Shown: positions 47,272 through 56,384 of the stretch, in pieces
Layout: each line of letters begins with the position of its first letter
Numbering within the stretch: position 1 is the stretch's first letter
Source: a virus
DNA length: 64,000 bases
Direction: 5' to 3' (one strand)
Virus record (IMG/VR): IMGVR_UViG_3300047476_001426
Location: 1-64,000 of that record
The notes under the pieces: model-generated
Databases searched by the model: none
The model's input: the letters and a program-made list of their open reading frames with translations, nothing else
What the model was told of the DNA's origin: nothing
Program-made: the position numbers and the translations under genes

Positions 47272-48003
47272 ACCGTTTTTCAATTCAATCAATTTGTAGT
47301 AATTGTATTTAGTATTCTCTGATTTATCTACTTCAGATTTTACATTATTAAGTTTACTTACCACCGAATCCTCGGTCGATTCTTTTAAAAGTGAATCAAG
47401 TTTATTATTCAATTCTTTTTTAATACTTTCCATTTCAAGAACCAGTTCTTCATTTGTCATGGAAACAATCTTATTAAAAATTCCTTTTTGCTCTTCATTT
47501 AAAAAATCTGCGTATTTGATATTGAAATTATTTACCAAGACGGCATTTAATAAAGAATGGTTTTCAATTTGAATTGGGGAAGGTTCAACAACTTCTTGTT
47601 TCTTTTCAGAAACTAAGTGATTTATTAAGTTTTCTCTCGCGTCAATTTTAGATGCAATGTTATGCATGTTTGATTCTTCAGATAAAACATCTAAATCATT
47701 GTAAACCGAACTATTCTCCACAACAACATCTTTGAGAGATTTACCGAACTCTTTCATTTCTTTTTTCAAAGATTTCATCTTATCAATCAAAATAGGTTCA
47801 ATAGATTCCACATACAATTTTGCTTTATCCTTACTTTTAATATTGAGATTTTCTATGTTTTCATAAAACATATACATCTCAACCAAAGATTTATTTGATT
47901 TTAATTTTTTTACCAAATCTTTAATTTCACCTTTATTATTAGAGGTGTACGATTCGGTTAATTTTGTTAACAGTTTTGTTTTTAATTCACCAAAGTTTGT
48001 CAT
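47263..48003 (-). CDS. Hypothetical, probable prohead core protein
   Basis: 246 aa helical; immediately downstream of portal; N-terminal LLTKLTE/S. Confidence 0.6.
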   Translation of the reverse strand: MTNFGELKTKLLTKLTESYTSNNKGEIKDLVKKLKSNKSLVEMYMFYENIENLNIKSKDKAKLYVESIEPILIDKMKSLKKEMKEFGKSLKDVVVENSSVYNDLDVLSEESNMHNIASKIDARENLINHLVSEKKQEVVEPSPIQIENHSLLNAVLVNNFNIKYADFLNEEQKGIFNKIVSMTNEELVLEMESIKKELNNKLDSLLKESTEDSVVSKLNNVKSEVDKSENTKYNYYKLIELKNGLI

Positions 48004-48008
48004 TTTAG

Positions 48009-49817
48009 TTATTCGTTTAAGAAGTCTTTTAGTTTATTTTCTATTTCATAAATATTCTGTTGAGCTTTATCCATGTTAAATAAATCTTTTAAATTTTCAT
48101 CTTCACCTAACATGCTCAATATATTATGTTTTTTTGTTTCATTTTCACTCAATGGCGCTTCACCTCCAGCTGGTGGTGGCGGTGGTGGTGCGGATGCTCC
48201 CATGTCTCCACCCATTTCTCCTCCTCCTTCAGGTGCTTCACCACCTTCTTGTCTCTCTTCTTCAGGTACACCATACTTAGAATCTACATCATCAAATACT
48301 CCTGAACGTTTAATTACATTTTGGGTATTTGTTAATTCAAATCCTATCGCCCTTTCAAGTCTTTGTTGTTGTAAATCCAACACAACTTCACTATCACTCA
48401 TACCAAGAATGTTTTTCTTAGCCCATGTGTGAGAAACAGGGAGGATACCTATTTGAGATTGGTCTGATGTTGCATCTTTATATAGAGTAATTTTCTCTTT
48501 CCACTGTTCAATTCTTAATAAATCAGATTGTGCTGATGGATTGGTTAACGATAATGTGAAGTTATCCAATTCATCTTCTAAACCAAGTAAATAAAGATGG
48601 ATTAATGCAATCTTATTTAATTCTTGAATTATAGATTTTTGAATTCTATTGATTGTTCTCGCAAAACGTATATCCATTAATGCAAGAGTCTTACCATCAC
48701 CAACGACCTCTTCAAATCCTAAGAATGCTTTTGGGATACGAAGGGCCGCTAACATTTTCTTTTGGATGTACTCAATATCTGCGATTTCACCTAAGTTTTG
48801 TGCTCCCGCTAAAGTCTCGATTGGGTTTGTTTGTGCTGGGTCACGAACAGGTATGAAATAATCTTGGTCTACCGCCATTTGATTATATCTCATATCGACT
48901 TGACCGTTTCTCGAGTCCACTATTTGGTCTCTCTTGAATTTGTTTGCAACACGTTGTACATACGCTTCAATATCTTTGTCATCCATGTTACCAACAAAGA
49001 TTTTAAACACTCTTCTTTCAGGTGCTCTCGTTGTTCTATAAATCAACATCGCATCCTCCGCCAAAAGTAATTGTTTCCAAATCCTTCTTATTTTATCTAA
49101 CATAGAAGTACCGTAAGGTAATTTTCTATCATCCCCCAACAATCTAAAGTGTGCAATTTCCCAAGCTTGAAATTCCAAATCTTTATTCTTCCATTGAAAT
49201 CTTAATTCTCTGGTTGGTAATTGCATTGCATTTTGTTGGTTGGGTGTTTTACTTTCTTTACCCTCGTGTCTTTCTATTTCAATATTTGGTAATTGTTGAC
49301 AACCAATAATACCTCTCTCAGGGTCGATTTTTAAATAAACAAAGTTGTCTCCGTATTTACACACACCTCTTGTCCACATTTGTAGATTAGTGTTTAAATC
49401 TAATCTATTAATGAATAAATCTTCAAGAATACTTTTAATTCTTGTAGATTCTGAGAATATAGTTAAAATTTCACCCTTTTCTGATAGAGTTGTTGATTCT
49501 TCAGCATAAATGTCTAACGCCGCTGAAATCTCAGGAGTAAACTCCATTGATTCATAATCATAATACGCCGATAACCTGTTAGGTTCGTAGTATACTGATT
49601 GGTTATAAAGAGATTGGTCGAGTTTTGTCCATTTATCTGCGATGTATTGACTTTGTTGAGCTTGCAACATCGCTTTCTCATATTCTTCTCGACTATTTGT
49701 TTTTAAAATTTGCTCTTTATCAAAATTGAAAGACGGTGCTTCTTCAGGAGTCACCTTACCGGGAAACCCAAATACTTTTGTTAACCTCTGAAAAACCGTC
49801 AAATTACTTTCTGCCAT
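48009..49817 (-). CDS. Portal protein (T4 gp20-like)
   Basis: EISAALDIYAEE, LLAEDAMLIYRTTRAPERRVFKIFVGN, DYFIPVR, IETLAGAQNLGEIADIEY motifs. Confidence 0.95.
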   Translation of the reverse strand: MAESNLTVFQRLTKVFGFPGKVTPEEAPSFNFDKEQILKTNSREEYEKAMLQAQQSQYIADKWTKLDQSLYNQSVYYEPNRLSAYYDYESMEFTPEISAALDIYAEESTTLSEKGEILTIFSESTRIKSILEDLFINRLDLNTNLQMWTRGVCKYGDNFVYLKIDPERGIIGCQQLPNIEIERHEGKESKTPNQQNAMQLPTRELRFQWKNKDLEFQAWEIAHFRLLGDDRKLPYGTSMLDKIRRIWKQLLLAEDAMLIYRTTRAPERRVFKIFVGNMDDKDIEAYVQRVANKFKRDQIVDSRNGQVDMRYNQMAVDQDYFIPVRDPAQTNPIETLAGAQNLGEIADIEYIQKKMLAALRIPKAFLGFEEVVGDGKTLALMDIRFARTINRIQKSIIQELNKIALIHLYLLGLEDELDNFTLSLTNPSAQSDLLRIEQWKEKITLYKDATSDQSQIGILPVSHTWAKKNILGMSDSEVVLDLQQQRLERAIGFELTNTQNVIKRSGVFDDVDSKYGVPEEERQEGGEAPEGGGEMGGDMGASAPPPPPPAGGEAPLSENETKKHNILSMLGEDENLKDLFNMDKAQQNIYEIENKLKDFLNE

Positions 49818-49820
49818 GTA

Positions 49821-49828
49821 TATAAATA
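49821..49828 (-). promoter_or_regulatory. Putative late promoter motif TATTTATA
   Basis: 3 nt before portal ATG. Confidence 0.6.
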
Positions 49829-49869
49829 GTTTATGAGAATATAATTAATTCTATTATGATAATAAAGGT

Positions 49870-51645
49870 TTATCTTTTTTTACCGAACAACCACGCGTAC
49901 TGTTGATAGTTTTCTTTTGTTGCATTGTTATTGTGTCTTGGGATACTTGGGTCATTATCCATAGACATCGAACCTATTTGGTCAAACGCGGTCCCATATG
50001 AATAAAATGATTTATTTGGTTCGTATGTTCTTTCAGATAGTGTCCATGACTCTAACATCGCTTTATTTGCGTTTTCATTTTTAGTCAATTGACTAAAGGA
50101 AATATCCCCAACATATAAAGCCATCGACATACTCATAATAGCATCATCATGAGCCCCTTTCATGTGGTCAGGTCTACCATTTATATAGACAAACGTATTT
50201 AATTCGTTCATCAATCTAGCGGACCTAACCTGAAAACCTTTCCTCAATTGTTCCTCAAATGCTGCAACGATTTGTGTTCGTTTATTATTGAAATTTAATC
50301 CAGGAATTTTTTCCATTGCTTTAGAATTATATTCCCAAATATTCTTGGTATTAATACCATCAATGTATAAATTCTTGTAGTTTAATTCTTGAAGTTTTCT
50401 TGATGTTGCAACACCCATACCTCCCGTAATATCGACAACAATAAACGCTTCATATAGAATACCCCATTTATATGCAATGGATGCTAAATCATCTGGTGGT
50501 ATTTTTCCAATATATTCCGCAACTTGTTCTCTCTCGTCGAAATCGATAATATTAATTGATGAGAAATCCTCACTATCACCACGGGATACGTCAACACCCA
50601 TAATATATTTGTGACCTTGTATTGGTTCTTTCCATTGCCAAAAGGTCCCCTGCATATATTTTTCCTTTGGGTCCCTCAACATATTTTTTACAATATTATC
50701 TTGAACCTCACTTGGGATTACACCATCACCTGAACCTAAGAAGTCACATTCTAACTCTTGTGCGATTTTACGTCTATCAAATTTGAATTTTTTAGACATT
50801 GCTTCAAACCATGAAGAAAGTGGTTTATAACCGTCTTCTTCATATTGTTTATAGTTGGCGATATCAAAATCGTACATAACAACTTCATCATCATCATATT
50901 GTTCCCTGTTCAACATATAGTGAACAATATCTGAACATTTAACCCATCTTAAATCTTTTGTATATCGAGGGTCTTTAAACCATCTTAAATCGGTAATGTG
51001 AAAATCGTTAACACCTCTGATTGCTTGGTCATATACACCATAATAAATTGGGTCAAATCCATTAGGTGTAGAAATCAAAATAATTTTACCACCCGTTGAT
51101 AATGACGCCATTGATGCTGCCCAAAAATCCTCACCAGCTTCAATATATGCAGCCTCGTCAAATACAAGTATTGTAGGGGTGTAACCACGTAAAGCATCCG
51201 CAGATGTTGCGACCGCTTTCACCTCACACCCATTGTTTAATCTAAATCTACTTTCAGAGTTTTTATCGGGAGAAAACCCAACATTTAACCAATCAGGCCA
51301 TTGGTCTAAAAAATGTCTAATTTTGTTAGCCATCTCCACCGCGGTATCCTTTTTGTTTGCGATGACAAGAACCCTTTCAGGGTTTTCGGGTTTTGCTAAT
51401 TGTAACTTTTTAGAAATCCAAGCAGCAGTTACTGTTGTAACACCGGCCTGTCTATATTTTCTAGTTATATTTTCGTTATAATGTTCGTAATCTTTGAGTA
51501 ACTGAATTTGGTCAGGAAACAACTCTAACGGCACATATCTTTTTTGAGTATTGTCATATGTTTGAAGATACGTTTTTAATGCGTAGGTAGTATCTTTCAT
51601 TATACGAGCATACTCTTTTAATTGTTCAATTTTTTGATTACTCAT
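49870..51645 (-). CDS. Large terminase subunit (T4 gp17-like)
   Basis: KYRQAGVTT Walker A, VFDEAAYI Walker B, ISTPNG, QELECDFLGS, GVDVSRGDSEDFS, HDDAIMS motifs. Confidence 0.95.
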   Translation of the reverse strand: MSNQKIEQLKEYARIMKDTTYALKTYLQTYDNTQKRYVPLELFPDQIQLLKDYEHYNENITRKYRQAGVTTVTAAWISKKLQLAKPENPERVLVIANKKDTAVEMANKIRHFLDQWPDWLNVGFSPDKNSESRFRLNNGCEVKAVATSADALRGYTPTILVFDEAAYIEAGEDFWAASMASLSTGGKIILISTPNGFDPIYYGVYDQAIRGVNDFHITDLRWFKDPRYTKDLRWVKCSDIVHYMLNREQYDDDEVVMYDFDIANYKQYEEDGYKPLSSWFEAMSKKFKFDRRKIAQELECDFLGSGDGVIPSEVQDNIVKNMLRDPKEKYMQGTFWQWKEPIQGHKYIMGVDVSRGDSEDFSSINIIDFDEREQVAEYIGKIPPDDLASIAYKWGILYEAFIVVDITGGMGVATSRKLQELNYKNLYIDGINTKNIWEYNSKAMEKIPGLNFNNKRTQIVAAFEEQLRKGFQVRSARLMNELNTFVYINGRPDHMKGAHDDAIMSMSMALYVGDISFSQLTKNENANKAMLESWTLSERTYEPNKSFYSYGTAFDQIGSMSMDNDPSIPRHNNNATKENYQQYAWLFGKKR

Positions 51646-51648
51646 ATA

Positions 51649-51656
51649 TATAAATA
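51649..51656 (-). promoter_or_regulatory. Putative late promoter motif TATTTATA
   Basis: 3 nt before terminase ATG. Confidence 0.6.
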
Positions 51657-51661
51657 TGAAA

Positions 51662-51683
51662 AAGGGTGGTTAAAACCACCCTT
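51662..51683 (-). terminator. Intrinsic terminator
   Basis: AAGGGTGGT/ACCACCCTT 9-bp stem plus T-run on minus strand after gene 51694-53043. Confidence 0.75.
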
Positions 51684-51693
51684 CAGTATTATT

Positions 51694-53043
51694 TTAAGAA
51701 GTAGGACCCTCTGGGTCGTCGTCATCATCTGAGAACCTAATCCCGATGTCTCCTAAGAAATCTCTTAAATCATCATCATCGGTTTCGTCACTTACTTGCT
51801 CCAAATCTTCGTTAAATCTCGACATTGCATCTTGATAATCTTGATTTTTTAACATTTGGTCAATCCCTTGTAATAATTCACCCATAAATCTTTTTCCATT
51901 TTCAGAACCTGATAAAACCTCCTTGGTGAAAACCAAAAATTCTTTAGCTGGTAATCTAAAAATACTCACCAAAAGATAGTTTTGTAATTCAAATTTAGTT
52001 TCATCAACCAAAATTTCTTCAGGGAACTGTCTTCTCATTCTTTCCCAAATCGCTGGACCTAATCTCAAATCCCATACTTCTTTTTCTAAAGTATCTTCAG
52101 ATTGTTCAACTTCGGACCATCTTGGGTCTTCATTACCTTCTTCATCTTTAGGTCTACCTTGAATTGCGAACAATTCTAAAACCCCTTTTATTAATTCATG
52201 AACTAATATTGGGAAATTAATTCCTCTAGCAACAATAGTTGGGGGTGTGGTGTTTCTTCTAACTTCTTGTTTACCACCTACACTTCCACCTCCACCGGCT
52301 CCACCCATCATCATTTTCATGGTGTCATCACTCAATTGCCAATACAGTGTGTCATTTACTGACATTAATATTCCATATTGATTAAGTAACGTTTCTGAAC
52401 CAGTAATTTCTCTAATTTTATCCGCAACAAAATGATACATGTAGTGACCTTTTTTAGATGCCCCCTGTATCATACTATTGATTAATCTTCTTTTTGCTTT
52501 TTCCAAATTCAAAGTACTCAAGTCATCAGATAAATCTTGTTCAATGTCAACAGGTTCCATGTTAGGTTCTTCCTCCATTTCTCTATTGAAATTTGATGTA
52601 TCTATTTGACCCATACCAACAATCTTAGCATCAAACTGTAATCTACCCTCAGGTATAGACATTTCTTTTTTTACTAATTCGATTGCTAATTGTTCGAGAG
52701 CTTCTTTGTGTTCTGATTCAGTTTGAATAATTTCATTGTGGGCATTCATCATCATTTGAGCAAGTGGCATTACACCAGCTTCACCCGTCATAGGGGTTTG
52801 TATACCAGTGTATTCTCTTACTTTAGCAACAACTTGTCTATATCTTTCCGAAGCCAATAATTCTTGGAAATTTTTATTCGGTTCGTCACCTGTCTGAGGT
52901 AAAGGTACTTTTTTTAAAGGTGTGTCACCTTGAGATAACTTATCTTGTATTCCTTGATAAGGTCTATCTTCTGTATCAAAATCCATTGGCATTTCATTAA
53001 TATCTTCCATTAAAGATAATAAATCTTTTTTTGTAAATCTCAT
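51694..53043 (-). CDS. Hypothetical acidic helical protein (candidate head protein)
   Basis: 449 aa; late operon; N-terminal LLSLMEDINE/M. Confidence 0.65.
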   Translation of the reverse strand: MRFTKKDLLSLMEDINEMPMDFDTEDRPYQGIQDKLSQGDTPLKKVPLPQTGDEPNKNFQELLASERYRQVVAKVREYTGIQTPMTGEAGVMPLAQMMMNAHNEIIQTESEHKEALEQLAIELVKKEMSIPEGRLQFDAKIVGMGQIDTSNFNREMEEEPNMEPVDIEQDLSDDLSTLNLEKAKRRLINSMIQGASKKGHYMYHFVADKIREITGSETLLNQYGILMSVNDTLYWQLSDDTMKMMMGGAGGGGSVGGKQEVRRNTTPPTIVARGINFPILVHELIKGVLELFAIQGRPKDEEGNEDPRWSEVEQSEDTLEKEVWDLRLGPAIWERMRRQFPEEILVDETKFELQNYLLVSIFRLPAKEFLVFTKEVLSGSENGKRFMGELLQGIDQMLKNQDYQDAMSRFNEDLEQVSDETDDDDLRDFLGDIGIRFSDDDDDPEGPTS

Positions 53044-53660
53044 TTTGATATTTTTTTCTTTTCTGCTAATGCCTTTGGTTTTGGGTCAGTACCCGGTCCT
53101 GGCTCATACGGGTCAATAGTTGGTTTCTCAGGTGTCTTCGGTTTAGTTGGGGTATCAACATCAGGTTTTGTTGGTGCCGGTGCTGGTTGTGATGCTACGA
53201 TTGCATCATATGACATAAACTCAGGAACACCATTGTGACCTTTACGGGCTTTACTCTTTGGCATTGGTTGGAACGTTTCACCAACCTTCTCATTTATAAC
53301 ACCCATGATGTCTTTTTTTGATGTAAAATGAGAATATTTTGATTCTGCCAAATCTAAAACCCACTCCTCAATTTCTTGAGATTTGTTTTCTTTGTGTTTT
53401 TTGTCATCACACTTACAATCTTTCATTCCACAAACGGAACAAACTTTAGTCTTATTTTTTTCTGTTAATTGAACATTAAATCCGGCGTCCGTATATTTTT
53501 TAACTTCAGCTGGAGACGTTGTCTTTTTCATCATAACAGAACCCGCCTCTTTTAAAACGGTGTTTGAAAGTGTTATAAGCTCATTATCACTTAAACGAGA
53601 AAGAGTTTTATCCGAAAACCCTTCCATAACTAATTTTTCGATGATTAATTTTCTATTCAT
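53040..53660 (-). CDS. Hypothetical protein with CxxC-x4-CxC motif and Pro-rich tail
   Basis: 206 aa; VCSVCGMKDCKC. Confidence 0.6.
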   Translation of the reverse strand: MNRKLIIEKLVMEGFSDKTLSRLSDNELITLSNTVLKEAGSVMMKKTTSPAEVKKYTDAGFNVQLTEKNKTKVCSVCGMKDCKCDDKKHKENKSQEIEEWVLDLAESKYSHFTSKKDIMGVINEKVGETFQPMPKSKARKGHNGVPEFMSYDAIVASQPAPAPTKPDVDTPTKPKTPEKPTIDPYEPGPGTDPKPKALAEKKKISK

Positions 53661-54058
53661 GATTCTTTGAATTTAATTGATTTTTTTTCAAGGGTGAAAT
53701 TTCTTTCTTTTAATTTTTTTGAAACATTTTCATATGATTCACCGAAACGGAAAAATAACCTATCCTCTTCCAAATCAAAATTTGATTTTTCCCAAGCCAT
53801 GGCGATTATTCCGTCCACAGCATCAATAACACCGAAATAGTCAGAATTTTGTATTAATTCAAAAACTATGTCGGTGTCTTTTAGGAGACCTACTTGGTCT
53901 ATATATTCTATGTTTGGTGATTTTGGTGTAGATGTTGAAGATGCTGGTACGTCAAACCATTCGTCCATGTCTATCTCAGTAGATTCACTAAAAATGAATT
54001 CATACTGTTTTTGACCCTTATAATCGGTTCCGATTTCGTTGACATATATCAGTCTCAT
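53657..54058 (-). CDS. Hypothetical protein
   Basis: 133 aa; coupled to neighbours. Confidence 0.6.
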   Translation of the reverse strand: MRLIYVNEIGTDYKGQKQYEFIFSESTEIDMDEWFDVPASSTSTPKSPNIEYIDQVGLLKDTDIVFELIQNSDYFGVIDAVDGIIAMAWEKSNFDLEEDRLFFRFGESYENVSKKLKERNFTLEKKSIKFKES

Positions 54059-55081
54059 TTACTTAAAGTATTTACCTAATGTTTCAGATATACTTTTGTG
54101 GATTTCATTTTTTATTTCGTCCAAATCAATTTCTTTAACATCATCATTACCTAAATCGGCATATTTTGATAAATCAATTTCTTCTTCAGTTGACATTGGG
54201 GTATTGATGAATGACTCAAGTTTATCCATTACATCCATCTCACCTAAATCTCCCTCGTCACCTGTCGGTTCCGCTGGTGTGGTGTCATCATCAGCTGGTA
54301 CGTCTGGCATATCATCAGACATTGCAGCGTCGTCTTCAATTTCTCTATCGAATTTTTTACCTATTTCTTCAATGTCCTCATCATCAAGTTTATCCAAGTC
54401 AACGGCGGAAATAATCATATTCAAAACATATTTGATATCATCACTTTCCATTTTTTCTTTTTGGTCTCTTAATTCTTGACCAAGTTTACCTGAATATTTT
54501 TGAATTTCAGACATGTAATCAGATGGTTTAGCACCACCCATATCTCCTTCATCACCCATATCTGTTTCATCTGATGGTGGAACATCACCACCCATTTCGG
54601 GAGCAGGAGGAACATCACCACCCATTTCGGGAGCAGGAGGAACATCACCACCCATTTCAGGTGCGGGAGGAACATCACCACCCATATCAGGTGCTGGTAC
54701 AGGAGCTTCATTTGCTTGTCCTGAATTTTGTTTTAAAACATATTTTGTTGCTTCATTAAGTTCACCACCAGATAATAGTTGTAATCTTTTTAATGCCTCA
54801 GCATATGAATTAAATCTATTTTTATTTTTCATAAAAAGACCACCAATGTAGTCTAATGAACTTTCATTTAATCCTTTTTTTACGTAATAACCATCTTTCT
54901 CTTTAACAATACCAAATACGGAACCATTTACTGATTCAGATAGATATTCGGTTTTTGATGTTAATGATTGATTTGATGTAGTTGATTTTTTATCACTACC
55001 GTAATAGGTTAACTCAAGGATACGCTTCAATTTGTCGTCTCCGTTAAGTTTTTCGCTTCCTAGTGGTTTTAAATCTGCCAT
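54059..55081 (-). CDS. Hypothetical acidic protein with tandem-repeat linker (candidate head-internal protein)
   Basis: 340 aa; (PAPEMGGDVP)x4. Confidence 0.65.
   Translation of the reverse strand: MADLKPLGSEKLNGDDKLKRILELTYYGSDKKSTTSNQSLTSKTEYLSESVNGSVFGIVKEKDGYYVKKGLNESSLDYIGGLFMKNKNRFNSYAEALKRLQLLSGGELNEATKYVLKQNSGQANEAPVPAPDMGGDVPPAPEMGGDVPPAPEMGGDVPPAPEMGGDVPPSDETDMGDEGDMGGAKPSDYMSEIQKYSGKLGQELRDQKEKMESDDIKYVLNMIISAVDLDKLDDEDIEEIGKKFDREIEDDAAMSDDMPDVPADDDTTPAEPTGDEGDLGEMDVMDKLESFINTPMSTEEEIDLSKYADLGNDDVKEIDLDEIKNEIHKSISETLGKYFK
54579..54698 (-). repeat. Four 30-bp coding tandem repeats
   Basis: Unit GGAACATCACCACCCATTTCGGGAGCAGGA, near-identical copies at 54579, 54609, 54639, 54669. 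Confidence 0.85.
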
Positions 55082-55118
55082 TTGTTTAAATGTTGATAAT
55101 TATATTATTCTTGTATCC

Positions 55119-55126
55119 TATAAATA
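55119..55126 (-). promoter_or_regulatory. Putative late promoter motif TATTTATA
   Basis: 37 nt before ATG at 55081. Confidence 0.5.
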
Positions 55127-55155
55127 CATGCATATAACAAAAAAAATTATTCTGT

Positions 55156-55941
55156 TTACTGCGGTAGGGACAATTTTTTATTTCTGACCTTGGTTTTTAT
55201 ATCAAATAACTTCTCGATATAACCATTTCTTCTTAATAACTTGAAAGTTAAGTTTTCGTAGGAGTATTCACCTCCCACCTCTAATCCTGTTTGTCTGAAC
55301 TTTTTTAACTTATTCTTTAGTTCATCAACTTGTTTAATAACATCCTTACCTTCTTCTGCTTCCTTATCCAATTTATCAATTAACTTACCATACTCCTCAC
55401 TCTTTTCGATTATTTTCTTATCGTCTAAGTCAAACGCAGATTCCACTTTTTTAGGTTCAACAACCCAATCATTATTTAATATGGAATAAACACCGGTGGA
55501 TATACCGGGTGAGTCAATATCTTGTACATAAAATTCCACCTCAAAACCTTTAACCCTAATGTCATTCGATGAAGACCATGCTTTTTTCTTTAATTCGAAA
55601 AATTCTTGGATTATTTCATGAAAAACAATAGAATTGGATTTAGCGGAATCAAATTCATCAATATCAATGATGATATGAATATCTAAATCAGAGTATTTCG
55701 ACCAATTGTAATTTGCTAAAGAACCTGTAAAATGGATGTCGTAAATAAAAAAATCAATACCAAGAAAATCAAGAAACGCGTTTGTGTTTTCTAAAAGTTT
55801 CTCTCTAATTTCTTCTTTTAAGATGTAAGAATTTTTTGTCTTATCAAAAATTTCCAATGAAAGAGAATCCTTAGGAATAAAGGATTTCATTATTTCTTTG
55901 TCTTTTTCAACGTCTTCAATAAATTCTCTATAATGTTTCAT
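55156..55941 (-). CDS. Pol-beta superfamily nucleotidyltransferase
   Basis: IHFTGSLANYNWSKYSDLDIHIII (GS...DxD) and third acidic residue in VEFYVQD. Confidence 0.8.
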   Translation of the reverse strand: MKHYREFIEDVEKDKEIMKSFIPKDSLSLEIFDKTKNSYILKEEIREKLLENTNAFLDFLGIDFFIYDIHFTGSLANYNWSKYSDLDIHIIIDIDEFDSAKSNSIVFHEIIQEFFELKKKAWSSSNDIRVKGFEVEFYVQDIDSPGISTGVYSILNNDWVVEPKKVESAFDLDDKKIIEKSEEYGKLIDKLDKEAEEGKDVIKQVDELKNKLKKFRQTGLEVGGEYSYENLTFKLLRRNGYIEKLFDIKTKVRNKKLSLPQ

Positions 55942-56183
55942 TTTATTTTTTTGTATTTGAAAGTTTTTGAAATGTTTGCATTAAAATGTTTTCCTTGAGA
56001 TTCCGCTTTTTTAAAATCTGTAAACGTTTCTAATGGAACTTTCTCATACTCATAAATAGAGCCATTATTAAATTCAATCATAAGATTGTTATCGTCAGTA
56101 TTGAAAATTGCTCTACTGATGTTTGAAGATGTTACCACCACCTCAATTAAGTTACCTTCTGTCTTTTCTAAAATAATTGCCAT
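55938..56183 (-). CDS. KTSC domain protein
   Basis: VTSSNI....F......L.IEFNNGSIYEYEKVP...F..F..AES.GKHFNANI is the KTSC pattern. Confidence 0.85.
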   Translation of the reverse strand: MAIILEKTEGNLIEVVVTSSNISRAIFNTDDNNLMIEFNNGSIYEYEKVPLETFTDFKKAESQGKHFNANISKTFKYKKIK

Positions 56184-56207
56184 AATTTTTTAGATGTTAT
56201 TATACAT

Positions 56208-56215
56208 AATAAATA
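56208..56215 (-). promoter_or_regulatory. Putative late promoter motif TATTTATT
   Basis: 24 nt before KTSC ATG. Confidence 0.5.
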
Positions 56216-56384
56216 TCAAATAAAAAACCCGAGACGAATAAGTGGTATTTTTTGATTATGTTTGTAATGACCATATTCCGTGAATGCGTTTTAGACAATA
56301 TATCATTTTTATTTTTATACATTGAAAATGTCATTGTTTGTTTTTACGGGATATATTTTGTATACTTAAAGAAAAATAATTCAG

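Noticed and set aside
17849-51645. Inteins or introns in polB, terminase, capsid, portal or helicase
   Set aside because: No intein splice or LAGLIDADG motifs and no split ORFs seen; insertions in terminase and capsid look like ordinary domain insertions
54039-54759. Several overlapping ORFs, including one with EHHHPFREQ repeats
   Set aside because: Alternative-frame or antisense reads of the 30-bp tandem repeat and the acidic gene 54059-55081
56200-56334. 44-codon minus-strand ORF and weak AATG/CATT palindromes upstream of clpC
   Set aside because: No motif, overlaps promoters, composition consistent with chance
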